A stretch of 62,766 bases of DNA from positions 1 through 62,766 of the forward strand of contig JAAILG010001711.1 in assembly GCA_012026655.1 (NCBI GenBank). Direction: 5' to 3'. Origin of the DNA: Hydrolagus affinis. Taxonomy: Eukaryota. Of the stretch, positions 49,504 through 60,700 are shown in pieces. Each line of letters starts with the position of its first letter. Position 1 is the first letter of the stretch. The notes under the pieces were generated by a model. The model was given only the letters and a program-made list of their open reading frames with translations, was not told the DNA's origin and ran no database searches. The position numbers were made by a program, and so were the translations under genes.

Positions 49504-52500
49504 GTAAGATTTATGACTATTTTGGTAACCTTTTAACATTCCGAACATCACTTTATTTCTGATACATCCAGATTTTGTAAAGTAACATTCATAATAATCC
49601 TTGAATTTGATATAGCGTCTTATCAGGTCTTTGAGATGTGTCAAAGCACTTCACAGTATATATTGTGAAGTGAATTGACTGGATATTTCGTGGTCAAACT
49701 ATACTCAGCCAATTGTACTCAGCAGTATCTCATAGGCAATCGTGGATTGAGTGACAACATTTTTTTTCTTTTATTACCTCCAGCAAAGTGATCCGCCAAT
49801 CAACTAACAATTGGGTTCTTACTCAATGCTACTTAAACATGGAGTAAGGAAACTTGCCTAACGTTTCACCTTGCCTGGGAATCGAAACCAGGTCCTCTTG
49901 CTTGCGAGGCGAGGCATCTAACAACCAAGCTGCGGGATTCCGTTCAGCATTTCAATCATCTCTGTTCTGATTTTGTTCCAGGAAAGTTGGCATTTAAATA
50001 TTAACGTAGAAGTACTAATATTGTGTATGATTTCAGATATCCTGAAGATTGATAACCTATGGCAGTTTAAAACCCTAACGAAACTCCAGATGGACAATAA
50101 TATCATTGAAAAAATTGAGGGACTAGAGACACTTACCAATCTGGTGTGGCTTGGTAAGTATTGACGTATTGGAATGATGAATGTTTCCAGTAATAATAAT
50201 AATAATCCTTGCTTTTGATATAGCGCTTTTCACATCTTATCAACGTCTCAAAGCGCTTCACAGAATAGACTGTAAAGTGAATTGACTGTATATTTGTGGG
50301 CGAAACACAGCATCCAATTGCGCACAATAGTGTCCCACAAACAGTCGTGGATTGCAATGACCAATTTTATTATTGTGTGTTTTTGGGGGACAGATTATTA
50401 TTAGGCATGTGGAGTAAGGAAACTTGCCCAAGGTTTCATCCTGATCTGCCTGGATTCAAACACAGGTCTTTGCGCTTGTAAGGCTCTAGCCACTGAGCTA
50501 TAGGAGGACCAAGGAAGTCCAATGGAGCTGTCTATTTTCTAATCTTGTTTTTCCCTGCTCTTTCCGCTTTGTCTTTTACATATATTTCCTCTCTAACACA
50601 CTCACTGTCCCCGGCACCATGTGTGGGCCGGTGACTTTATAAGCTACTAAACCTATAATTTATTTAATAACACATAATAATAATCCTTGCTTTTGATATA
50701 CAGCCCAATGTATAGTTTAGGTTTAGGTTGATGAATTTATCTGTGTTCGAGTGTTTGGATTGACAAAGAAAGAATCTTACAAACACACCCTAAATTTGGA
50801 TTGAGTTATTTGTTCAGTTTGGTTTTGTCTGAGGGTGTCTACGATTTGCTGAAATACCAATCCAGCCTGTATTCCATCAAATGTGAATGATGCCTACCAG
50901 AAATACACTGTATAAATGCAATGTTGTTGTTTTCTAGATTTATCCTTCAATAACATTGAAATTATTGAAGGACTAGATGGACTGGTTAATCTGGAAGATC
51001 TGACCTTATACAACAACAGAATTTCTCTCATTGAAAACATGGATTCGCTAGCCAATCTGCAAATATTTTCTATTGGCAATAACCATCTCAGCCAGTTGGA
51101 AAATGTAAGTTTTTCAATTCAATGCCTTCTCTTCTAATCTCTCTAGATATATGTTTCTCATTGCAGTGGTTGTTTTGTATGGCACAGGTCATAACACCAT
51201 TCTGCTTTTGGCACAATTTACACAGATACTCTACTTGCGAAAGTTTCAGCACCTGCGCACGTTAAACCTGGCCAGGAATTCATTGTGTGAAGATGAACGC
51301 TATAAAACCTACATTGCTGCTTACCTCCCAAAGCTGGTGTACCTGGACTTCAGGTTGATCGATAAGAATGTTGTAAGTGTTCCAATGTACTGTATTGGTC
51401 CGTATGTAAAAACGTTATTTTTAAAAGATGCTGTCGCCCATAGCATCGCCTGGCCCCCTCATTCCCCATCGTCACGTCTTGCCCGGAGACCATCCTCTTT
51501 GACCATGCTTACCACTCCCTTGGACTCGGCATCAATGAGCGCTCTGAGACACTCTCCTGAACGAGGGGCACTACATAAAATGCGAGTTGTTGTTTGTGAT
51601 TGCTTAGATAGTTTGCAGTTTTTTGATAGTTTTTTGATAGTTTGCGTGTTTGATTTTGCCTGTGTGCAAATGTAAGCACACCTCTATCTTCTCAGGGATG
51701 GGCAATAAGCCAGAGTTAGCCAGAGCTCAAAATGAGAAAAACAAGAAGAACGATAATGCTTTTATTCAGATTGGCCCATTGCCACAGTGAGTCTGAGTGA
51801 CATTGCACTGTGTGGTCAAGTAGTGGATGGCAACTACGTGGTGAGGATCCTCGACTGACGGGATATTCTGCGAGTCGAATGAGTTGCCATGCAGAGGCTG
51901 GACACAGAAGATTGGGATAGAAGGGAGACTGGAAACAGCATTGCAATACAGTGTAACGCAAAGGGTAGAGAAAATCTGGAAGTGCCTCCTCCAAAAGGCA
52001 GTGAATGCTGGATCCTTTCAAATTTTCAGATTGAGGTATTTGTTAGGTCAGGGTATCAAGGGACATGGGGCAAACGCAGGTATTTGGAGTCGAGGTACAG
52101 ATCAGCCATAGAATGGCTCAAGGGGCTGAATGGCCCACTCCTGTTCTATGTATATGTGTATGTACATATATATATATAAAACCAGTCTGTCATTGGTTAG
52201 CCAGTTACCTGTGACATTGGCAAAGCGCTGGAAGCAAACTGTGTGAGACCTCTGTACCAAGCATGGTTCAGATACTATCAGGAAAGTGGAAAGGAAGAAA
52301 ATGTTTTCCTTTTAAACAGCTGAAGAATGTTTTTCTGTTAAAGCGGGATATAGGTTTGCATACGTATATCTATTCTATTGAAGAATTGATCCAAAATGAG
52401 AAAGCACAGTTTACAAGGCTCGAAGAAACAAGGCTTAAGCAGGAAGAGTTGGCTTTACACAAGGTACAATAACCAACTGATTTCTTATTTCAGAAATTAA

Positions 52501-55500
52501 AAAGTACAATATTCAATCAAATATTCACTACATATATGTTTGTAAAGTGGCCAGTCCATGGTAAGGATTCCTTGTTTTTAAAACTAAAAACACATGTAGT
52601 TGATTTAATGTGGAGTCCGGTAGCTCAGTGGTTAGAACACTCGTCTCGCAAGCGAGAGGACGTGCACTCAATTCCTGGTAACGTTTGGCAGGTTTCCTTA
52701 CTCCACAGACACACCTCTGCTTGCTATTCCAGGGGTAATAATCTGTTACGAAAATAATAATAATCTGGTCACTTAATCCATGACTGTTTGTGGGACACTT
52801 GTGCACAATTGGCTACCACTTTCAGCCACAAGGATACAGTCAATTCACTTTACAGTATATTCTGTGAAGCGCTTTGAGATGTCTCAATGACATGCTATGG
52901 TGCTAAGGATATCAAATGCAAGGATTCTTATTATTATAGCTGAGATCAGCTAACAAAGCAGACAGCATTGATCAGAACCATTGCACTGAACTATCGGTAG
53001 TGATTTGTTTTACTAACATCTGGGTTTCCCTTAGGCTGCCTATGTGGAGTACCTCAATGGATCCAATCTCTTCGACAGCATGTTCGCAGAAGACGTTGAA
53101 GCAGAAAAGCTTGGACATCTCCCTGGATTGGCTGAATTCGTAGAGACATATCCTTTTATAAACAAATATATGCTAAATATGCTTTGAATTGGTTGCAGTC
53201 CTAGTAATTAAGCAACTCGCTAGATTGGAATGAATGGAAGACTTCTTCTGAAGTCTTAACTTTTCAACCACCGTTCCCTGACCATTCCAACTCCACCACA
53301 TTGCCTGCCTCCGTCCATATGTCACAACCGATGCAGCTGAAACCTGTTCACGTCTTCGTCACTTTCCGGCTGAACAATTCCAACGCTTTCCTCGCTGGTC
53401 TCCCCGGTTCTACGATACACAAAACTCCGTACCCCCATCACACAAGTCCTTGCCAGGCTCCATTGGCTCCCAATCAGCAAACGGATTGATTTGAAGATCT
53501 TGTTACTCGTTTTTAAACCTCTTAGCCTTGCACCTCCCTATCTATCCAACCTGCTTACCCCCACCATCTGTTGCTTCGGCCCCACCTGGCTCCAGCCTCC
53601 TTTTTGGCTGTGCGTTCATCTTTGTTTACCAATGTTTCCCTTTTGAAGCTAATAATGAAGGTGCTCACAGGTTGCGTTGAGAAAACATCAGTCTAAAAAT
53701 GTCATGGGGAAAACCCATCATCGGGAACCAGCTCAGTTGTCCTTGACCACATTGTCACGTACAAGGCTGAATTTACTGAGATTTGTATAAAGATCTTTCA
53801 CTACGGGCTCCGCGGTTATGATACCCGGGAAAAAGAGGTCAAACAGTTCCTTGAATGTTTTCAAGAAGCCATCGAGGACAACCAGAACGTCGGGGTGGAA
53901 ATCCTAAAGGAGTTTGAGGAAAAGAGCAAAGAGGTAGGATGCAGATATGTTTAAGGGAATCATTGTTCTCAAGAGTTTGCTGGATATGGTTTATAATAAT
54001 AATAATCCTTGCATTTGATATAGCGCTTTTCACATCTTCTAGATGTCTCAAAGCGCTTCACAGAATATGAACTGGAATGTTCTGATGCGGAGTGCAGTAC
54101 ATCTATATACAGAGATATTTGCTGACCGCTATTTTCCTCTTGCAGTTTACAAATGTACAGCAGCATGTAGCTGATAGCAGTGTTCTCGAAATTCACATGG
54201 AAAATTTTAAGTTAGACCTGAAAAAGTTGTGGAACACACTCATGAACCTGGAGATGCAACTGGTTGACCAGCTAGAGGTAAGACACATTGAGATGATGAT
54301 GTTCAACCAGGAAGATTTGCCACAGGTTTAATGGTGGAACAGGCTCAAGGGGCCAAATGGCCTACTTCTCCTATAGTAAATAGATCCCGATCCTGCCAAC
54401 ATAAATCTCCCAATGATACAAACATTTTAAAGCCATATTGACTTGTCTGCTCCCTCCGTTCAGTGGGCTGCAGCCTGCTCCGCAACCCTAGCCCAATCCA
54501 TCCACCACCATTAACAACAAAATGACACTTGTATAGTGCCTTTCACGTCAGGAGGACGTCCCAAGACGCTGGACAGTCATTGACAGTCAAGCTCTCTGAG
54601 ATGCCGTCCGGCGTGGAGGGCGCTATATAAATCGAAGTTGTTGTTGTTTCAGATCCAAGCTGGGGACAGGGAGGATGGAGGGAAAGAGGGGGATTTGGAG
54701 TGACCGATGGGACTGTCAAAGTGGAAGGTCTTGAGGTGAGACTTGAAGGAGGCCAGGGAGGGGGCGAGGTGGAGGGATTGCATCATGGAGTTCCAGAAGT
54801 TGAGGGTACAATTGGCTGAAGGCTCACCCACCAACGGGTGGGTGGGTCGGGAGATGTGAAGCAGGCCGGAGCCTGCTGAGTGGAGGGGGTAGGCAGGTTG
54901 GTAGGGGGTTAGAAGGTTGCAGAGGTAGGGTGGGGCGAAGCCATGGAGGGCTTTGAAGGTCAATGTAATTTGTTGAAAGAGCCAGTGACTGCAGATATCA
55001 TTCTGTAGGAACTATTATTATTATGTAACTTTTTTCTGTTTTGTTCTGTAGGAAACTCTCAAAGATTTTGAACGAAATATTTCAGAAATGGTTTCAACTT
55101 ACATTGAAAATGTACAGGCTCTATATCCTTTGTGATAATAATAATAATAATCCTTGTATTTGATATGGCATCCTATCACGTCTTCGAGACAATACAAAGC
55201 GCCAAGTGAACCGTAGTGCACTAAAGTTATCAACTCCTTAATCATAACACAATAGCTCAGTGCCGAGATCTGGAGAATCATTATCACGAGAACGTTTTGG
55301 AAATCGCCGTGAGCACATTTGAAAAAATGGTCAAGAATGAAGTGGAGGAGGAAATGCCGGAAGAATTGAGAACAGTAAGTTAGGGAGAGAAGCCATGTTA
55401 ACTGCTAGCTTCACATTTACAGTTGCAGATTTTGTATTGCCCTAATTGGGTCTCTGTGTGGCATTCTTAGAAAATAATATAATACTAATCCTTGCATTTG

Positions 55501-56469
55501 ATATAGCACCTTATCGCAGCTTCGAGATGTCTCAAAGCGCATCACAGGACATACAGTAGTGTGACTGTATTTTGTAGGCGAAACACGGCAGCCAGTTGTC
55601 CACAGCAATGCCCTAGTCATGGATCGAGTGACCAAATTATTATTATTTTTTCAGTGGGGTGTATTTTCTCGCCCATTTCAAAGTCCACATCCTATATGCA
55701 CTATTCCTTAGTGGGTGGGATCATACGATTAAAGAGATTCCCATCATTGCAGCACAACAGATGATGACCACCATTTTATAACTCGAGATAATACAGGAAC
55801 AGTCTTAACTGATTAAGCTACCAACTAACCTGATTTATACATGGTGCTTTGCCTTTCTGCTTACACCAGCTTTTTGTAGATAAGGATACAATAGTCAATG
55901 CCGTGAACGCATCACATGACATGCATCTCCTTAAGATTGATAATCGAGAGGATGAATTGGTTACAAGGGCGAATAGCTGGTCCACTGCTATGATGGATAA
56001 GGTAAGAACCCAATACTGTACCAACAACTTGTATTTATACAGGACACCACCCGCTTACACAGGGTGGGGTCCCAGAGAGCTTGACAGTGACGGAGCACTA
56101 TCATGAGCCGGGAAGGAGCTGACCACAGGCATGATCTGAAGATGGAAAGGAAGAGGTAAGGCGGAAGGATAGAGGAAGAGTGTTCCAGGGTTTCAAGCTG
56201 AAGTACTTTGGCCACTGATGCGCTATCGGTGTGAGCAAAGAGAAGGTGATGCCTCGAAAACGATGTACACCACGCGATAGAAGTAATACACTTTCTGCGC
56301 TTTGGGGTATCATTTTTAAAATTGTAAGTAATTAACTTATTTGTTTATACCCTTGCAGCTGCACATGGAAGAAATAAACCGAAACCGTAAACGTGTTTTG
56401 GAAATTAACCATTATATCGACCACTGGTACGGTGAATTGGAGTTCTTAGAGTTTCAGGAGGCAATGTAA
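49344..56469 (+). CDS. DRC3: Dynein regulatory complex subunit 3 (LRRC48), complete, 12 coding exons, 522 aa
   Basis: N-terminal LRRs (LQLDYR, LQMDNN, LDLSFN, LTLYNN, FSIGNN) and a coiled-coil C-terminus; exons sum to 1569 nt when the two AT-AC introns are used; synteny between TOM1L2 and ATPAF2. Confidence 0.95.
50037..50153 (+). CDS. DRC3: DRC3 coding exon 2
   Basis: [29 protein letters not shown]. Confidence 0.94.
50190..50508 (-). mobile_element. tRNA-derived SINE
   Basis: Same family; further copies at about 3430, 5940, 13115, 16120, 17960, 43235, 52612, 55480 and 58455. Confidence 0.85.
50938..51104 (+). CDS. DRC3: DRC3 coding exon 3
   Basis: DLSFNNIEIIEGLDGLVNLEDLTLYNNRI. Confidence 0.94.
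51226..51372 (+). CDS. DRC3: DRC3 coding exon 4
   Basis: ILYLRKFQHLRTLNLARN...YLPKLVYLDFR (LRR cap). Confidence 0.93.
52344..52463 (+). CDS. DRC3: DRC3 coding exon 5
   Basis: RDIGLHTYIYSIEEL...ELALHK. Confidence 0.88.
53035..53147 (+). CDS. DRC3: DRC3 coding exon 6 (followed by an AT-AC intron)
   Basis: AAYVEYLNGSNLFDSMFAED; ends at ATATCCTTT. Confidence 0.9.
53148..53758 (+). other. U12-type AT-AC intron
   Basis: 5' ATATCCTTT, branch site TCCTTGAC (53740-53747), 3' AC; preserves the reading frame. Confidence 0.92.
53759..53933 (+). CDS. DRC3: DRC3 coding exon 7
   Basis: YKAEFTEICIKIFHYGL...FQEAIEDNQ; AC acceptor. Confidence 0.9.
54146..54277 (+). CDS. DRC3: DRC3 coding exon 8
   Basis: LMNLEMQLVDQLE. 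Confidence 0.91.
54513..54965 (-). mobile_element. L2-type LINE 3' fragment
   Basis: ORF remnant FKALHGFAPPYL...FWNS...SFKSHLKTFHFD, typical of the L2 ORF2 C-terminus, plus tail. Confidence 0.8.
55052..55122 (+). CDS. DRC3: DRC3 coding exon 9 (followed by an AT-AC intron)
   Basis: ETLKDFERNISEMVSTYIENVQAL. Confidence 0.9.
55123..55250 (+). other. U12-type AT-AC intron (128 nt)
   Basis: 5' ATATCCTTT, branch site TCCTTAAT (55235-55242), 3' AC; preserves the reading frame. Confidence 0.92.
55251..55374 (+). CDS. DRC3: DRC3 coding exon 10
   Basis: IAQCRDLENHYHENVLEIA. Confidence 0.9.
55870..56001 (+). CDS. DRC3: DRC3 coding exon 11
   Basis: LFVDKDTIVNAVNASHDMHLLKIDNREDEL. Confidence 0.94.
56359..56469 (+). 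CDS. DRC3: DRC3 last coding exon
   Basis: LHMEEINRNRKRVLEINHYID...EAM*. Confidence 0.92.
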   Translation: MHMEEINRNRKRVLEINHYIDHWYGELEFLEFQEAM

Positions 56470-56898
56470 TTCGATCATGGAGCAGAGGGCTTCGTAAAGT
56501 TATCCTTTCAGACGTTTTGTTCTATGAATTTTTATATAAATTCAAAAGCACTGATAAAATGCATTTGAATTTGGAATTTTGTAGAACAGTATTCTTCAAA
56601 GTATAATTTTACCACCGCGAGAACTCCTTAATATGAGCATGTGTCAACTGAGCATTTCCTGACATTCACTCTATCATCAGCAATTTAGAAGCTACTAGCT
56701 ATACCCCCGCGTAACATACTGTAGCCTAGTGTTTTTGAACACGTTTATTCATATATTTCAAAACTTGTTTTAAAAGAATGTATTTGTTGTTTACAAAAAA
56801 AAGGTGAGCTTTAATCACTGGGTGGTTTATCGTTGTTGTTTTTTTTAAGCTGTATTGGTTTTTGTTTTCCTTTTAGAAGTTCTTTGTTACAATTGTGG

Positions 56899-57045
56899 NN
56901 NNNNNNNNNNNNNNNNNNNNNNNNNNNNNNNNNNNNNNNNNNNNNNNNNNNNNNNNNNNNNNNNNNNNNNNNNNNNNNNNNNNNNNNNNNNNNNNNNNNN
57001 NNNNNNNNNNNNNNNNNNNNNNNNNNNNNNNNNNNNNNNNNNNNN
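56899..57045. other. Assembly gap (147 N)
   Basis: Run of N. Confidence 1.
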
Positions 57046-57645
57046 TTAGTTGAATGGACAAACTGAAAGGATGTTAAATGTTAAGCAGAACGTGCAATAA
57101 ATATCAAGAAAGGCAATTTGATCAAAAGCCCAACAATGACTTGCAGTTATATCAGAGCAGCCTTCACATGCGGTAGTTTATCACCTCACAGCAGGACTAC
57201 ATTTCCAGCAATGCAACAACCAGCACTGCATCAGAATATCACCTCAGAATATTTGATTCCAAATTCCAACATAAGGCTTGAGCCCACACGCCTGACTCCA
57301 AGGCGAGCTCTACCACTGAGCCAAGCTGACGCACAAGAGGGGCAAATAACCAGATTGCAGAGCAAACTATTTCCAGTCTGGCAGCCCACCTTGGCATAAC
57401 AGTGTTGGGCTACACACCCTTTTTATCAATCATCTTAAAGATACAATGAACAACGCAATGAACCTTTCCAAAGAATGTTTGAAATGCCATGCTAAGACGG
57501 GACATCACAAGAAGTTCAAAAAGCAAAGTCAATTTTAATTTAGAAAAACTAAATAATACACCCAATACACATATTTTATACATATACATATTTATACACA
57601 CACACACACACACACACAGAAATACACTGCAAGTGCAGACCACTG

Positions 57646-57783
57646 TCAGTGCCGTAGGAACTTCTGTTTGACTGTGGAGGTCTCAGAACACAAATGGACG
57701 AACAATGTTCCTGCTGCGGCTCGGGCACAAAGTTCATGCAGGTCGTAATCGTGTGCCCATTCAACACTGCCCCAATGCTCAAT
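57646..57783 (-). CDS. ATPAF2: ATPAF2 last coding exon
   Basis: IEHWGSVEWAHDYDLHELCARAAAGTLFVHLCSE...*. Confidence 0.93.
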   Translation of the reverse strand: MEHWGSVEWAHDYDLHELCARAAAGTLFVHLCSETSTVKQKFLRH

Positions 57784-60700
57784 CTGGAAAGAGAGGAATA
57801 TTCAGTCTAATAACCTGCTTTTAAATCAACCTGCAGCAAAACTGAACATTCTCAGCGTCTGCGCCCAGAGATTCGGACATGAGCGATGTGGGTGAAAGCT
57901 CAGTGTGAGAGCGGTGAATGGCAGTTTATCAGACACAGAATCCCAGGAAGAGTAGGGTCGTAGAGTGCTTGACAGTGGAAGAGCACAACACCAACACAAG
58001 CTGGGGCGAGGAGGGTTGGCCATAAACACAGTCAAAGGGGACGTTCTTCAGACGCGACGTGAATGAGCGTGAATGAGGGATAAGGCGGAGGGAGGGATTG
58101 AGGAAGTGCTCCAGAGTTTGGGGGGGGGGGGTGGGTAGTGGCTGAAAGCGCTAGCACCAATGGTGAAACGGAGGAGCCATGAGAGACGAGCAGGAGGCCA
58201 TTATTGCATACCTGATATTGTTCCTCCAGTCGCGAAAGTAATACAGCCTTTTCTACGTTCAAGTTTCTGTCGATCAGGTTTAAGGAAAGAACAACCGACT
58301 TCAGTTGATGGATAACATATTCCAAACCTACAACATTAAAGACAGGTAGTCCTCAAAGGGTTACACACGGAATGTTCCAATTGAATGTTTAATTCTGCAT
58401 TTTACAAGAATACATTATTTGAGCACTTGGGATGTCTTCCTGAAGTGAAAGGCATAATAATAACAATCCTTGCATTGACATAGCGCTTTTCACGTCTTCC
58501 ATATGTCTCAAAGCGCTTCACAGAATATACTGTAATTGACTGTATACTTGTGGGAGAAGCACGACGGCCAGCTGTGCACAGCAGTGTCCCACAAACAGTC
58601 AGTCGTGGATTGAAATGACCAATTTTATTATTGTATTTTTTCTGAGGCATTATTATTAAGCATGTGGAGTAAGGAAGTTTGCCCAAGGTTTCGCCCTGAC
58701 CTGCCTGGATTCGAACACAGGTCTCACGATTGTAAGGCGAGTGCTCTAACCATCAATAATCCTTGTATTTGATATAGCATTTTATCAATGTCTTCAAGGC
58801 ATCTCAAATTCACAGAACATTCTGTAAAGTGAATTGCCTATATATATTTTGTGGGTGAAATGCAGCAGTCAATTGCACCCGATGTATCCCACAAACAGTC
58901 ATGGCTTCAATGACCAAATTATCATTATTTCTTTTTCTTTTGAAGGTATTCTTATCCGCGGAAAAATAATAAGTTGTTGTTTGAGCGTGAGCAAGCTTTC
59001 TTTGCTATTTTAATCAAAACAATCCTGTGATGGATGGGACTAAGTATTTACATACCCATTAACGCCCAAAGATTATAAGATGAAAGATGCTGATGAAAAG
59101 TGTGTTTGGTCTCCTCAGTGATGTTTGGTCCCAGGATATCTGTGGAGGTGCCTATCACAACATCATATCTTTTTTAAAAAAAAGCACAATTAATACAATA
59201 TTATTAATTAATTACTACAACAAAAACAAAATTACACGTGTATAGTGCCTTTTACACCAGGCAGTATTAATATAATACAATTATAATACAGTAAAAGCCT
59301 GTTTATCCGGCACCCTCCGGACCTGGCCAATGCCGGTTAAACCGTGTGCTGGATATTCGGGCGGCCAGCTGCCGAAAACCCAAAACAAAAAAATATTTTT
59401 TTAAACATACCATATTAAATAATAGACTAAACAATAACAGAATATTGTATGAATACTTACCAATAAAGCAATAAATATTGATTAGTCTATAAACACAGCA
59501 CACAATCACAAAGCAAACTTCTACAATGGCAGTCAGAAGAGTTTTTTTTACTTCTTAATGGGGTAATGTTTTTCCTCTCTTTTTTCTATCTTTCTCTTCC
59601 TCCTTCCCTCTCACTTTCACACACACTCAGTCAGTCTGGCATCTCAATAGCTCCAAACCCAATCCTCTCCATTCTTTCCCTCTCTCCCCTTGCCTCTCCC
59701 TCCTTCTCCCACCCCACCCAAACAGTGTATAAACCCATGATACCACACAGGCAATATGTAGTATCCGTCAGAGAGAGAGAGGGAAAGAAAGGGGAAGAGA
59801 CAGAAAGAGAGAGGGAGAGATAGAGAGGAAGGAAGGAGAGGGAGAGAGAGAAAGAAAAAGAGGGAGAGAGAGAAAAAGGAGAGGGAGAGGAAAAACAATG
59901 CCCCTTTAAGAAAAAACAGAAGTGACACTACTGGGGCAGCATTCAGAACTAATCATACTGTACTTTAGTGCAACAATCGACTCATTAAATGCGCCACCGT
60001 GATTGAGCCGGATCAGATCCAATTAGTCGAACGGGGACCTTTTTTTTTGAGGTGCTGGTTATATGGGAGTTACAGTTGATCGGGTCACGGATAAACGGGC
60101 TTTTACTGTAATAATAAATAATAATCCTTGCATTTGATGTAGCGTTTTTCACATCTTATCGACGTCTGAAAGCGCTTCGTAGAATATAGTGTAAAGTGAA
60201 TTGACTGGATATTTGTGGGCGCAATGAGGCAGCCAATTGCGCACAGCAGTGTCCCACAAACAGTCGTGGATTGAAATGACCAATTTCTATTATAGATTAT
60301 TTCAGAGGGATAATTATTGGTGTGGAGTAAGGAAACTTGCCCAGGGTTTCGCCCTGATCTACCTGGATTCGAACACAGGTCTCACTCTTGTAAGACGAGT
60401 GCTCTAACCACTGAGCTACAGGAGCTCGGTACATCAGGGGAAAATAATGTGGAAATAATAACTCGGATCCTTCTGTTTGAAGGCATACACAAAAGACGTG
60501 TTGCCAGCACATCAATCTGCAAACAGTATATGTACACATCCAACATTTCTTGATCCACTTAAGGGAAGTCAATCACAACAAATTTATATTCCACAAAATG
60601 GCTGATGAACTCCAATCCATATTTCTTATAACTTTCAATCCGGTTCTTATCAATCTATCTCTGGGATAGAATGACTCTGTTGCGTTTTGCTCACAAAATG

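Noticed and set aside
57208-57217. miR-33-like sequence or seed match (CAATGCAA)
   Set aside because: No hairpin; an 8-mer is expected by chance in 62 kb, and it lies downstream of a candidate AATAAA (57096).
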